Notes: generated by a model not told the origin, from the letters alone. Positions 1 to 10,671 are shown, numbered from the stretch's first letter. The stretch is DNA of 64,000 nucleotides from an uncultured delta proteobacterium (GCA_963850305.1 CAWKKR010000005.1:224001-288000); one strand, 5' to 3'. Numbers and translations: made by a program.

Positions 1-555
1 GACTCCGAGGGCATCCCCGAGGTCCCGCGCGAAGGCGCGGACGTAGTAGCCCTTGGATACGGCCAGATCGCAGGTGGCACGCCGCCCGTCCCAGCTGACG
101 ATCGAGAGCGACCGCACGCCGACCGGTCTCGGCGGGAGGACGACCGTCTCCCCGCGGCGACTCCGGCGGTGCGCGCGGTCTCCGTCGATGGAGATCGCCG
201 AGAACGCCGGCGGCACCTGCGCCGCGCGCTCGCGCTCCCCGTCGAGGGCAGCGTGGAGCGCCGCTTCGTCGATCGAAGTCGCGCGTTCCTCGAGGGTGCG
301 GCCCTCGGAGTCGAGCGTATCCGTCGACCGTCCGAATTCGACCGTCGCGCGGTACTCTTTCTCGTCCAGCGTCACGTAGCCGGACAGCTTGGTCGCCTGT
401 CCGACGAGCAAGACGAGGACCCCGGACGCCATGGGATCCAGGGTGCCCGCGTGTCCGACGCTTCGCGTCCCGAAGAGGCGGCGTGCCGCGGCAACGACGT
501 CGTGGCTCGTCGGCCCCCGCGGCTTGTCGACGACCAGCAGTCCGTCGACGCTCAC
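1..555 (-). CDS. truB: tRNA pseudouridine(55) synthase TruB (3' end runs off the window)
   Basis: Manual minus-strand translation (not in the ORF track): VDGLLVVDKPRGPTSHDVV...GHAGTLDPMASGVLVLLVGQATKL...KEYRATVEFGRSTDTLDSEG. The GTG start overlaps the upstream stop. Confidence 0.95.
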   Translation of the reverse strand, partial: MSVDGLLVVDKPRGPTSHDVVAAARRLFGTRSVGHAGTLDPMASGVLVLLVGQATKLSGYVTLDEKEYRATVEFGRSTDTLDSEGRTLEERATSIDEAALHAALDGERERAAQVPPAFSAISIDGDRAHRRSRRGETVVLPPRPVGVRSLSIVSWDGRRATCDLAVSKGYYVRAFARDLGDALGV

Positions 556-1589
556 CCGAACCAGACGCTTTTCCGCTCGGAGAGCTCCTGATCGAGCATC
601 TGCTGGATGCCGACCCGGACGCGGTCCGCCAGGCGTCCGACGAGGACGTGATCCGCGGCCGCCTCCGGACCATAGCCGTCGAACGGGATGACCTCCCCGA
701 AGCGAATCCGCCATTTGGTCGGCGCAGGAAGCAAACCCACCGGCCCCAGTAACGGAAACGTGGGCGTCACGGGCAGATAAGGGAGCCCGAGCAGCTTCGA
801 CAGTGTCTCGTCTCGGTGAAGCATCGGGCTGGCCTCCTCGGCCCCGATCACGGCGCAGGGCACGAGCGGCGTTCCGGTGCGAAGGCAGAGCCGGATGAAC
901 CCCCCGCGGCCAAATCGCTGGAGCCGGTAGCGGTCGCGGTAGAGCTTGCCAATCCCCTTCACGCCCTCGGGAAACACCGCGACGAGACTCTCCTTCGCGA
1001 GGAGGCGCTCGGCATTTTCCTGGCAAGCCCGGACCGCCCCGATGCGACTCATGAACGAGCCGACGAAGGGCAGGTAATAGACGAAATCCTCCGTGAGCCA
1101 GCGCAGGTCGCGCGCTCCGCCGTGTTCGAGCCGGATTGCGGACCTCAGCATGAGGCCGTCGAGGGGGATGGTCCCGGAATGATTCGCGACGACCAGGCAT
1201 CGTCCCGTATCGGGCACGTGCTCGATCCCCTGCACTTCGACCCGGAAGTAGCGCTTGTAAAGGAAGTCGGCCAGCGGCAGCAGGCGCTCCTCGTAAACGG
1301 GGTCGAGCCCGAAGTCGTCGACCTCCTCGGACCGGTTCCTCATGCCGATGCGACCCCACTGTCGGAGGTAATAATCGCTCGAGAGCAGGTCGCGCACCGT
1401 CTCGATGACGTGCGCCTCGTCCACTCGCGCCACGGGAGCCGCCAGTCGGTCCACGACCTCGCGCGCCGCAACGGAGACGTGCTCGCGGATAGAGGTCGGC
1501 GCGGGTTCCTCCGCGTCGACGTCCGCTCGAGTCAGCCGCTCGAGCCGGTCTTCCAGGAGTCGAAGGCGGTCTTTCTCGTCCGCGTTCAC
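552..1589 (-). CDS. Lysophospholipid/glycerol acyltransferase (PlsC-like)
   Basis: NHSGTIPLD (HxxxxD-type) and VFPEG motifs. The GTG start at 1589 overlaps the SDR stop. Confidence 0.88.
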   Translation of the reverse strand: MNADEKDRLRLLEDRLERLTRADVDAEEPAPTSIREHVSVAAREVVDRLAAPVARVDEAHVIETVRDLLSSDYYLRQWGRIGMRNRSEEVDDFGLDPVYEERLLPLADFLYKRYFRVEVQGIEHVPDTGRCLVVANHSGTIPLDGLMLRSAIRLEHGGARDLRWLTEDFVYYLPFVGSFMSRIGAVRACQENAERLLAKESLVAVFPEGVKGIGKLYRDRYRLQRFGRGGFIRLCLRTGTPLVPCAVIGAEEASPMLHRDETLSKLLGLPYLPVTPTFPLLGPVGLLPAPTKWRIRFGEVIPFDGYGPEAAADHVLVGRLADRVRVGIQQMLDQELSERKSVWFG

Positions 1590-2692
1590 GGGTTCACCTC
1601 GGCGAGGAGCCTCGCGTCCCGGAGATGTTGCGCGCTGGCGAAATCGAGCAGCGTCTCCCGCGTCGTGTACGCCGGGGCGAACCCGAGTTCCCGCTTCGCG
1701 CGCTCCCCGTCCGCGACGCAAAGATACTGCAGATAATCGAGCATGGTCGCCGGCGCTTCGGCGACCTGGGTCAGCCAGAGCGCTCCGACGATCGTGTTCG
1801 CAATCGGCCGGGGCAGGGGTAGGGCGATTCGGCCGGCGAGTTTCACCAACGTCGAAAGCGGCAAGACGCCGTCGCCGACGACGTTGAACACGCCGGGCGC
1901 GTCGCGATCGATCGCGAGCTTCAGCGCGGCGAGCGCATCGGCCTCGTGCAGCAACTGGCAGAGCGGATCGAACCCGAGGATGGTCGGCACCACCCGGCGC
2001 CCCAGGTACCGCGCCAGGAACCCGCGCACCGTCGGTCCGAGGATCGGCGCGGTCCTGAGCACCGTCACGGTCCGCCCCTTTTCCGCGTCAGCGTAGCCGA
2101 GCACGTCATTCTCCGCCGCGATCTTGTCCGCGAAGAAGGGTTCACTTCTCCGCGCGCGGAGCGGATGTCGTTCCGTCAGGTAGTTCGGGTTCGTCGGATA
2201 GGCCCCGTAGAGGAACGTGTGGCTTCGCATGACGATCTTGCGCACGTTCGTGCGGCGCGAGGCGTTGAGCACGTGCATCGTCCCGACGCTTTCGAACTCG
2301 TGTGCCCACGCGGCCGCATGCGCCGGGGACGACAGGAACGCCAGGTGCACGACGGTGTCCACGCCCTCTGCGCCGAGGATCTCCGTTATCCGGTCCTCGG
2401 TCGTGGCAGCCGTCAGATCGACGTCGTACGTGCGCGTCTTCTGCCCTGCGGTATTCGGCGCGGCAAGATCGATGCTGACGATCCTGCGGACGCGGTCGTC
2501 TTCCTCGAGAAGCCCCACGAGATTTCGACCGAGGAGCGAAATGCCGCCCGTCACTGCCACGACGCGCGAAGCGGGGCTGCGCGTGGAGAGCGCAGCGCCG
2601 ACGCGTGCGAGGGCGTCACCGCCGCGGCCGCCCCGGCGGAGCTCGTGCGATCCGCCCACCGGTCGCCCGGGGCCGTCATGCGACGCGCTCAT
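1586..2692 (-). CDS. NAD-dependent epimerase/dehydratase family (extended SDR)
   Basis: VAVTGGISLLG Rossmann-like start, VVHLAF, and an extended-SDR layout; coupled to the acyltransferase. Confidence 0.8.
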   Translation of the reverse strand: MSASHDGPGRPVGGSHELRRGGRGGDALARVGAALSTRSPASRVVAVTGGISLLGRNLVGLLEEDDRVRRIVSIDLAAPNTAGQKTRTYDVDLTAATTEDRITEILGAEGVDTVVHLAFLSSPAHAAAWAHEFESVGTMHVLNASRRTNVRKIVMRSHTFLYGAYPTNPNYLTERHPLRARRSEPFFADKIAAENDVLGYADAEKGRTVTVLRTAPILGPTVRGFLARYLGRRVVPTILGFDPLCQLLHEADALAALKLAIDRDAPGVFNVVGDGVLPLSTLVKLAGRIALPLPRPIANTIVGALWLTQVAEAPATMLDYLQYLCVADGERAKRELGFAPAYTTRETLLDFASAQHLRDARLLAEVNP

Positions 2693-2747
2693 GTCGCCGC
2701 ACAACGTAGTCGAAACCCGGAAAAAATGAAGGCGCCTCGCCGACCTA

Positions 2748-3977
2748 TCAACGGACTCCCGGACCAGGGCTTGGCGGACCTGGCCGGCAGTCGGCTGTCA
2801 CCCAGATCAGATCTTCTCGCGTGGCGAGCCAGACGTCGACGGTGCTCCCCTGCGTGGCCACCGCAAAGCCTCTGGCGTCGGCGACGGCCATGGTCGAGCT
2901 TCTCGGCGCGCCGTCCTGGCCGATCAGGAACGCCCGGACCGTCTCGCGAGACTCGTGCCGGCAGCTGATTGGCGCGAGCCAGCCCACGAAGAACCCGGTC
3001 TCGAGTGGCCGTGTGAGCACGTTGGAGGGCGGGACCTGTCCATCGATATCGAAGTGCGAACCGCCGGACGTGAGCATCCGGACCGTGAAGCCGTCCTCCA
3101 CGCACTTGGTATCGATGCTGGACCCCGGGGCCACCGCGATTGGCGCGTCGCCCAGGACGACATCGTACACGCCGAACGGCGAGGCGATGTGTCCGACGGC
3201 TTTCGCCGACCCCGCGCTCAGTCCCCAGATCGACACGCCTGCCGGCGTCGACGTGGCCACCGTGGTAGTCGTGTCTTTTAGTCGTACGATCGAAAACGGC
3301 GCGAGGCCGTCCGCGGGAGGCACGTCCGTGCGCTTCCACTCCGAAGCGCGCGCGTCGGCGCCTCCGATCAACACCGTCGCACCCGGTCCCGCGCTGATCG
3401 CGGCCAGGCTCGTGAGCACGGCGCACGTCTTCCCCGTGCACGTGGCGTCCGCGAGATCGAGATGGTCCCCCGTCACGAGCGGCTCGATGAGCCCCGACGG
3501 ATGTCGAACGACCACGCTTCGTGCTCCATTGCCGCCGTCCTCGACGTCGAACACGACCCAGCCCGCGTCGCTTTTCGCGAAGATGGGCGGGGCGTCGAGC
3601 TCCTGCCACGGCACACGTTCCCCTGGCCGACCCCGGTCGTCGAGCACGCCGTCCCAATCGACGACCCCATCCCCGTCCTCGTCGACCGCGACGATGAGTC
3701 GCGACGAGCCCGCGGGAGTCACGAAACGTACGGCGCCCCTGGGGAGTGGGGCCTTCTGCACGGGAGGCTTCAGGATGCAGCCCTGCGGGAGCCCGATGCT
3801 TCCGAGATCCTCGAGCGGTGACCACGCGAACGGCGCGAGCGCCGACGGCAGCGTCGCATCCAGGGTCTTCGCGATCGGTGCCGGCCTTTTCGGCGGTTCG
3901 TCGTTCGTGGTCTTTCGATGACAGCCGTTGAGCAGCAAAGCGACGCCGAAGCTGCCGAAGAACGCGCGCGCATTCAC
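2748..3977 (-). CDS. Hypothetical lipoprotein
   Basis: Signal peptide with lipobox-like LLLNGC; beta-rich body; no family recognised. Confidence 0.6.
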   Translation of the reverse strand: MNARAFFGSFGVALLLNGCHRKTTNDEPPKRPAPIAKTLDATLPSALAPFAWSPLEDLGSIGLPQGCILKPPVQKAPLPRGAVRFVTPAGSSRLIVAVDEDGDGVVDWDGVLDDRGRPGERVPWQELDAPPIFAKSDAGWVVFDVEDGGNGARSVVVRHPSGLIEPLVTGDHLDLADATCTGKTCAVLTSLAAISAGPGATVLIGGADARASEWKRTDVPPADGLAPFSIVRLKDTTTTVATSTPAGVSIWGLSAGSAKAVGHIASPFGVYDVVLGDAPIAVAPGSSIDTKCVEDGFTVRMLTSGGSHFDIDGQVPPSNVLTRPLETGFFVGWLAPISCRHESRETVRAFLIGQDGAPRSSTMAVADARGFAVATQGSTVDVWLATREDLIWVTADCRPGPPSPGPGVR

Positions 3978-4030
3978 AGCGACGCAGCGTTGCGCGGATG
4001 GTGCCCCCCTGCAACTCGTGGCGAGCCACC

Positions 4031-4618
4031 TCAGCGCATTTTCAAGCGCAGGACGGGATACGGCGCGAAGTCGTGGACCACCTGGAACCCGAGCTGGGTG
4101 AAGAGCGCGAAGGGTCCCGTCCAGGCCTCGTCGTCGCGGAGTCCGTCGCCTCGCCTCGGAAACGCCTCGATCGCGCCGCCGCCGCGATCCTTCACCAACG
4201 CGATCGCGCCCTCGAGCAGCGCCCGTGCCGTCCCGCGGCGACGCGCACCGGGATCGACGAGAAGACAGCCGACCGCAAAGACGCCCGCGCGGTCGCCATC
4301 GAAGCAAGGCAGCCTCCGGTAGATCCGCTGCTCGTAGAGTTTGGGGAGAGAGTTTGCTGGTGCGACTTTGAGCCAGCCCACCGCGCCCGCCTCGTCCAGG
4401 GCGACGACCCCGGACATCTCGTCATTGGCGTCGCGGAGCGCAGAGAACATCTCCGCGCGATTCCTGTCCGGGTGGTGAGCGCAGCGATCGAGCCAGGCGT
4501 TCGTGACGTCCCGGAAGTGAAAATAACGACAGTGACACGCGACGCCCGCCCGCTCGAAGAGCGCGGCGAGGAGCGGGGCATGCACCGCGCTCGCCGGAAC
4601 GACGCGCACGGTGTTCAC
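4031..4618 (-). CDS. GNAT family N-acetyltransferase
   Basis: CHCRYF N-terminal motif, VGCLLVDPGARRRGTARALL acetyl-CoA motif and IEAFP. The start overlaps the gatA stop. Confidence 0.85.
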   Translation of the reverse strand: MNTVRVVPASAVHAPLLAALFERAGVACHCRYFHFRDVTNAWLDRCAHHPDRNRAEMFSALRDANDEMSGVVALDEAGAVGWLKVAPANSLPKLYEQRIYRRLPCFDGDRAGVFAVGCLLVDPGARRRGTARALLEGAIALVKDRGGGAIEAFPRRGDGLRDDEAWTGPFALFTQLGFQVVHDFAPYPVLRLKMR

Positions 4619-6132
4619 GTCGGAGGTCTTTGCCCTCGCGCGGGCGAGAGCCGTTCCCACGCCGCGGCGACCTGAAACATCCTCTCTTCGGCAAAAGCCG
4701 GCGCGACGATCTGGAGACCGATCGGGAGCACGGGCCGTTCGTTCGTGGCGGGAGCCGGCGCGCAGGGCACCGACACCGCGCACACGCCCGCCAGGCTCGC
4801 GGGGAGCGTGTAGACGTCGGAGAGATACATCTTCACGGGGTCGTCGACTCTGTCGCCGAGCTTGAACGCCGGCGTGGGACTGATCGGCGTGAGGAGTACG
4901 TCGACCTCCGCGAACGCGCGCTCGAAGTCGCGCTTGATGAGCGTGCGGACTTGCTGCGCCTTCTTGTAGTACGCGTCGTAATAGCCGGCTGCGAGCGCGT
5001 ACGTGCCGAGCATGATGCGCCGTTTCACTTCGGGTCCGAAGCCGCCGCCACGGCTTTCGGCGTACAGGGTCGCCAGATCGGCGCCGGGTCGCTCCATACG
5101 CAGGCCGAACCGCACGCCGTCGAGGCGTGCGAGGTTGCTCGACGCTTCCGCGGTGGCGACGACGTAATACGTCGCAAGGCCGTAGCGCGTGTGCGGCATG
5201 TCCACGTCGTGGAGCGTGCATCCCTCGGCGGCGAGGGCCGCGATCGCCGCACGCACGCTCGCGTCCACGTCCGCATCGAGTCCCGCGGCAAAATACTCCC
5301 GCGGTACGCCGATCCGGACGCCCCGCACCGGCCGGTCGCACGCCGCTTCGTAATTGCCGATGGGCAACGACGACGCGGTCGAGTCGAGCGCGTCGGGTCC
5401 CGCGATGACGGAGAGCAACCGTGCCGCACTCCGCACGTCCGGCGCGAACGGTCCGACCTGATCGAGACTCGACGCGAACGCGACCAGTCCGTACCGCGAA
5501 ACGCGGCCGTAGGTCGGCTTCACGCCGACGACGCCGGTGAGTCCCGCGGGCTGACGTATCGAGCCGCCCGTATCGCTGCCGAGCGCGCCGCCGACGAGCC
5601 GCGCCGCGACACTGGCGGCGCTGCCGCCGCTCGACCCTCCAGGCGTACGCGTCGGGTCCCAGGGGTTCCGGACCGGTCCGAACGCGCTGTTCTCGTTCGA
5701 CGAGCCCATCGCAAACTCGTCCATGTTCGTCTTGCCGACGAGGATCGCGTCCGCCGCGCGCAGACGCGCGACGACCGTGGCGTCGTAGGGCGGCCTCCAT
5801 CCGCCGGCAGGCGACGACGCGGGTGCGCCGCGGTCGGCTCGCACCAGGATCTTCGACGCGCAGGTCGTCGGTTGATCCGACGTGCAGAGGGCGTCCTTGA
5901 CGGCAATCGGGACGCCGGCGAGCGCGCCCAGGGGTTCGCCTCGCGCGCGCTTTTCGTCCACGCGGCGCGCGGCGGCGAGCGCGGCGTCCTTCGCGACGTG
6001 CAAGAACGCGTTCAGCGATGCGGCCTCGCCGATCCGCGCGAGACTCGCGGACGCCACGGCTTCCGCGGTGACGTCTCCGTTCGCGACGCGCGCCGCGAGC
6101 TCGGCGACCGATAGAGCGAGCACGTCGGTCAA
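4615..6132 (-). CDS. gatA: Asp-tRNA(Asn)/Glu-tRNA(Gln) amidotransferase subunit A
   Basis: GKTNMDEFAMGSS, PGGSSGGSAA, GSDTGGSIRQPA and GFGPEVKRRIMLGTY. Confidence 0.97.
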   Translation of the reverse strand: MTDVLALSVAELAARVANGDVTAEAVASASLARIGEAASLNAFLHVAKDAALAAARRVDEKRARGEPLGALAGVPIAVKDALCTSDQPTTCASKILVRADRGAPASSPAGGWRPPYDATVVARLRAADAILVGKTNMDEFAMGSSNENSAFGPVRNPWDPTRTPGGSSGGSAASVAARLVGGALGSDTGGSIRQPAGLTGVVGVKPTYGRVSRYGLVAFASSLDQVGPFAPDVRSAARLLSVIAGPDALDSTASSLPIGNYEAACDRPVRGVRIGVPREYFAAGLDADVDASVRAAIAALAAEGCTLHDVDMPHTRYGLATYYVVATAEASSNLARLDGVRFGLRMERPGADLATLYAESRGGGFGPEVKRRIMLGTYALAAGYYDAYYKKAQQVRTLIKRDFERAFAEVDVLLTPISPTPAFKLGDRVDDPVKMYLSDVYTLPASLAGVCAVSVPCAPAPATNERPVLPIGLQIVAPAFAEERMFQVAAAWERLSPARGQRPPT

Positions 6133-6133
6133 A

Positions 6134-6427
6134 TCATCCTTCGTCGACGTACCCCGGAACCGCGAATCCGCCTTCCGCGCTGCGCGGTGCCTCGGCGAGC
6201 GCGAGCTCGCGCGGCACCCCCGAGACGACGCGGTCCGGTCGAAACGGCGCCGCGGCGACCGCGCCGTACGATGTCGGCGGCACACCCGCCGTGTCCGCGC
6301 CGGAGAGTTCCGCGACATGCGCCAAGATCCCGTCGAGATCGCGGACCATCCGTTCCACCTCCGGCTCGGAAAGTTCGAGCCGGGCCAGTTTGGCGATGTG
6401 AAGCACGTCGCTGCGCGTGATGGCCAT
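6134..6427 (-). CDS. gatC: Asp-tRNA(Asn)/Glu-tRNA(Gln) amidotransferase subunit C
   Basis: MAITRSDVLHIAKLARLEL...APRSAEGGFAVP, directly upstream of gatA. Confidence 0.93.
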   Translation of the reverse strand: MAITRSDVLHIAKLARLELSEPEVERMVRDLDGILAHVAELSGADTAGVPPTSYGAVAAAPFRPDRVVSGVPRELALAEAPRSAEGGFAVPGYVDEG

Positions 6428-6551
6428 GGAGCCCGCGGAGACTACAGCGTCTTTCGCTGACGCGAAACGCCCGAAAAGATTCCGGCGCCGACTTTCGCGA
6501 TCGCTCCCCCGCTCGCGCCGCAGCGCCGTTGCTACACTCGCCCCCGACGAC

Positions 6552-7409
6552 ATGGACGCGCCGTCTCCCCGCAAGGAAATCCTCGTCGACGAGCCTGGCG
6601 CGACCGACCGCGGGCCAGGTGCTGCGGGGTGGATCACACCAGCGGTGCTGTTCGCCGGTGTGCTGCTCACGCTCCTCTTGTGGCGCGGAGGACTGCACTT
6701 CCTCTTCCTGCCCATCATTCTTCCCTTCGGCCTGGGCGGTGGAAGACTCTTCCGGCGGTTGCTCGCGCCCTTCCGGCGACGCTTCCTCCGGTTCGAGTCG
6801 GGCGTCGTCTCCCTGGTGCGTCGCGGGCTCTGGGGCGATGTGATCGTTGGCAGTATCGCCGCGGGTTCGGGTCTCTTCGTCGCTGTCGTGCCGTCGCGAA
6901 CATGGGTGGGCGGCGTCGCGCGTGTCGACGTCCGTATCGTCGGCGCGGACGGAGCCCTCGTCGTTTCCGTCGACGGCTCGGAGGCGGCGCGCCGCCTCCG
7001 AGAGGAAGTTACGACGCTGCTCACCGAAACCGGCGTTCACCACGAGGACGCCGGTGCGCCTCTCCAGGGTGCAATCGAACGTCTGCCCGCGGAGGACGAA
7101 ACGGTGCTCGAATGGCGCTCCCGCGGCGGACCTTTCAGCGGTGCGCGCACGACGCGCTTGGTGCTGGGCTCGAAGGGTTGGTCGCTGCGGATTTCTTCCG
7201 GCGGGCGCACCCTGGCGTCGACCGGAGGCCCGGGTCGACTGACGGCCGAGCTCGTCGAGACCAGCGACCCAGACCCGTTCGGCACGGGGATCTCGGAGCA
7301 AGGATGGGCCCTCACGCTCCGCGCGGACGGGGAAACCGTGGCCACCATCGGCACTGACCTCTCCGAACCCGAGCTGCGGTTCATCGGGGCTCGCCTCGAC
7401 GCAGTCTGA
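6552..7409 (+). CDS. Hypothetical membrane protein
   Basis: N-terminal hydrophobic helices (VLFAGVLLTLLLW, FLFLPIILPFG); protein-like composition. Confidence 0.55.
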   Translation: MDAPSPRKEILVDEPGATDRGPGAAGWITPAVLFAGVLLTLLLWRGGLHFLFLPIILPFGLGGGRLFRRLLAPFRRRFLRFESGVVSLVRRGLWGDVIVGSIAAGSGLFVAVVPSRTWVGGVARVDVRIVGADGALVVSVDGSEAARRLREEVTTLLTETGVHHEDAGAPLQGAIERLPAEDETVLEWRSRGGPFSGARTTRLVLGSKGWSLRISSGGRTLASTGGPGRLTAELVETSDPDPFGTGISEQGWALTLRADGETVATIGTDLSEPELRFIGARLDAV

Positions 7410-7524
7410 CGAGAAGTCGCAACCTGGGGTGAGCGCCGCCCGATGTCGCCGCAAGCGGCGCGTGACGCGCCCGTACCGAGGGAGCGTCGTGCCGCCGTCA
7501 GAACCGCCTCGAACGTCGCCGGGA

Positions 7525-8827
7525 ATGGTCTGCTCCGCGCGACCGCCGCCCAGTTACGAGCTTGGTCCCGTCGTCGGCACGACCCCCGTTCTTCACGTTC
7601 GCGACGGGATTCGTCGCGGCGCTCGTGACTTTCGACGGCCCGTTTCCATCCTCACGGTCCGGCCGGACATTCCCGATCGACGGGCTCAGGCGGTCGAGTT
7701 CACGGAAGCCGCGGCCGCATTTGCGAGACTGCGCGACCCGTCGCTGCTCAGAATCGATGACCTCGCGGAGTCGTCCGCCGGAGCCCTGGTCGTCACCGGC
7801 CCGCTCACGGGCACGACGCTCGGCCGGTACCTGGCGCGCCCGCGGGCATCGGGGCCGACGCCCCTGGGCATCGCATCTTCCATCGTCAGCCGCATCGCGG
7901 AAGGCGTGGAGCTCCTTCGGTCCACGCGCTCGTGTTCGCTGTGCAATCTCGGTCCGGATTCGATTTGGATGACCGCAGAGGGCGGCGTGTTCTTGTTGCC
8001 CACGGCGGCATGCGCGCCCCGTCGGCTCGGGTCGAACACGGACGATTCGCCGTCGCGCTACCTCCCTCCTGAAGTCGTGCAGGGAAGAGTCGGCGACCCA
8101 CGTTCGGAGGCCTATACCCTCGCGCTGCTCTTCTGGGACCTCGTCTCGCTCGGGCGACATCCGGACCGCGGGCGCGAGGGGAAGCGTACGAGCGCGCGCG
8201 CGATCGATGCCAGCGTCGTCGCGCTCGTACTACGCGCGCTATCGTCCGACCCCGCGGAGCGACCGGCGAACGCCGAGGTGTTTCGCCGAGAGCTCGCCTT
8301 TACCGTGGCAGCGGGCTTCGCGCGACGGGGACAATCGCTACCGGAGCTCGGATCGGTGCCAGGAGCTTCGTCCCGCCTCGCCCACGGGGCGAGGCGAAAC
8401 ACGGGGTCGTCCCAGGGCGTGAGGAACGAAGAGCCGACGGTCGAGGTCCTGCCGTTCGAGGTGGAACCCCTGGACGGCTTGGACTCGTCCGATCCCCACA
8501 CCGTTCGCCTCCGTGACGGAGGTGAGTCTTCGCCCCGACGCTTGCGGGTCACGCGCGGCGTTGCCGCCCCGCGCGAGCTCTCGCTCGACCGCCGGCGCTC
8601 GAAATGGATCGTGGGTCGCGGACGCGACGCGGATCTCGTCGTCTCCGATCCGGACGTGTCTCGGGAGCATTTCGTCGTCGAGCGCGACACGGACGGGTCG
8701 CTCCGGGTCACGGATTCTCGGGAGCAAGAACCGTCTGTTCGTCAATGCGGCTCCGTGCCAGAGCCGCACCGTTCGTCCCGGCGACGACGTGCTCGTCGGC
8801 GCGACGCGCCTGAGGTTCGAGACGTGA
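7525..8827 (+). CDS. Degenerate (pseudo)kinase domain with C-terminal FHA domain; frameshift near 8716
   Basis: Kinase-like YLPPEVV...EAYTLALLFWDL...LSSDPAERP. The FHA motif IVGR...DPDVSREHF continues in another frame as LGSKNRLFVN...GDDVLVGATRLRF. Start uncertain. Confidence 0.7.
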
Positions 8828-8937
8828 CGGCCGGAGACCGTCTCGGGTCGACCGATCACGAACGCGGACTTCCCTCGACCTCCGGCCGGCACGCCGATAT
8901 GCTCGCCCTCGTTCCGCGGAGGCGGGACCGGGGATTC

Positions 8938-10608
8938 ATGATTGCTCAGCGAGAGTTCTCCGACGGCGACGTCATCGCCGGCACCCGGTACCGCATCGCC
9001 TCTCTGATCGGATCCGGCGGCATGGGCTCCGTGTACGAGGTTGAGCACGTCGAACTCGGCAAACGCTTCGTTTTGAAGGCCCTCCTACGGAATCTGGCGA
9101 ATCGGGAGGATCTCGTGCAGCGGTTGCGCAACGAGTGGCGCGCCCTCGGCAAGCTCGAGCACCCGAACATCGTGAGCGTCACGGATGCGGGGGTCACGGA
9201 CGCGGGCGTTCCCTTTTACGTGATGGAACGGCTCCAGGGAGAGACGCTCTCCTCGCGCCTGCGTCGCGAGGGTCGTTTGCCGCTGAATGAGGCGCTGAGC
9301 GTCGCCGCCGACGTGCTGGACGGGCTGCATGCCGCACATCGGATCGGTGTCGTCCACCGCGACGTGAAACCGCCCAATGTCTTTCTTCTCTCGAATCGAC
9401 CGGCGAAGCTCCTGGATTTTGGCATCGCCAAGATGCTCGACCCGAAGGCGTCGCAGATCACGGGCAAGGGGATCGCCATCGGGACGCCTCGTTACATGGC
9501 TCCCGAGCAAGCCACCGGGGAAACGGTGGACGCGAGAACGGACATCTACGCGACGGGCCTCATCTTGTTCGAAATGATCGCAGGCGTGGGCCCCTTCGAT
9601 TCGGCGCGCGATTCGAACGAACTCTTTCTCGCGCATCTGGCCAAATCCGCTCCGGTACTCTCGAGCGTTGCGGTCGGCGTCTCACCCGAAATCGATCATT
9701 GGCTCGCGCTTCTGCTGGCAAAGAGGCCAGCTGATCGTCCTTCGAGCGCCGCGGACGTCGCGGCCGCATTTCGTAAGCTCGCCGCGCCTATCGCCAGGAA
9801 GGATGACGTCCCGCTCGCGGCCATTTCAGAGGAGCAGACGTGTGCAGGGGGGCCGTTCGACACGATCGAAGGGGCGGCCACGGTGCCCAGCACGCGGCCC
9901 GAGCCGGTGACCCGAACCGGAATCGGGCCCATCCCGGCGGTGCCCGGCTCCGTCGCGCGGGAGGAGAAAACGGAGGCGTGCTCGCCGCCTGCGGCGATGA
10001 GCGTCGCGCTCGTCACCCATACCGGTGAGACCCTCCGTCTCGAAGTGGTGGATGTGGACGAGGCTGTAACGCACACCGCCTCGCCGGCCGGCCCCGGAAC
10101 GCCGCCGCCCGTGTCCTCCGGCGCGTCGAGCACACCGGACGAGCCGGATACCGCTCGCCCGCGCTTGGCGAGGGTCGCCATTGCCGTAGCTACGGCAACG
10201 GTGCTGGTCGGACTTTCCTGGCATCAGCGGGCCGCGTGGTTCAACGCTCCCCGGGTGGCTGGCGGGGAGGCTACGGAGCCTTTTGTTCCCCCGGGCAAGT
10301 CCACGCCGCTGGCCCTCCCGGTGGCGTCCGCGATGTTGAGCGCGAGCCCCTCCCTGGCGGAACCGGCCCGTCCGCGGGGCGCATCTGCCGGTGCACACGA
10401 ACCGAAACACGCAGGCGGCCCTCCGCTAGCAGGCGCAGCAGCCGCAGACGGGCCCCGGCCGCGCTCGGGAGTCGTCGGTGGACGCGTTTCGGGCTCAACG
10501 GAACCATCCGCGCCGAAAAGGGCGGAGAGCGTGCATCCTCCGAAACCCATCGAGGGATCGCGTAGCCACTCACTTTCGGCCGAGGAACTGCCAGGATCCG
10601 GGCTCTGA
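8938..10608 (+). CDS. Hanks-type Ser/Thr protein kinase with C-terminal TM helix and Pro-rich tail
   Basis: IGSGGMGSVY, VLK, HRDVKPPN, DFGIAK and GTPRYMAPEQ. Confidence 0.93.
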   Translation: MIAQREFSDGDVIAGTRYRIASLIGSGGMGSVYEVEHVELGKRFVLKALLRNLANREDLVQRLRNEWRALGKLEHPNIVSVTDAGVTDAGVPFYVMERLQGETLSSRLRREGRLPLNEALSVAADVLDGLHAAHRIGVVHRDVKPPNVFLLSNRPAKLLDFGIAKMLDPKASQITGKGIAIGTPRYMAPEQATGETVDARTDIYATGLILFEMIAGVGPFDSARDSNELFLAHLAKSAPVLSSVAVGVSPEIDHWLALLLAKRPADRPSSAADVAAAFRKLAAPIARKDDVPLAAISEEQTCAGGPFDTIEGAATVPSTRPEPVTRTGIGPIPAVPGSVAREEKTEACSPPAAMSVALVTHTGETLRLEVVDVDEAVTHTASPAGPGTPPPVSSGASSTPDEPDTARPRLARVAIAVATATVLVGLSWHQRAAWFNAPRVAGGEATEPFVPPGKSTPLALPVASAMLSASPSLAEPARPRGASAGAHEPKHAGGPPLAGAAAADGPRPRSGVVGGRVSGSTEPSAPKRAESVHPPKPIEGSRSHSLSAEELPGSGL

Positions 10609-10671
10609 CAGGCGCGGGAATGCCCTGGACGACCGAGCCCTCTTGCCGTAGGTTCCCGGCCCCCTAAACAA

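Noticed and set aside
7429..10608. Single 1059-aa double-kinase protein
   Set aside because: The FHA domain finishes in another frame with a stop at 8827, so the fusion results from an indel.
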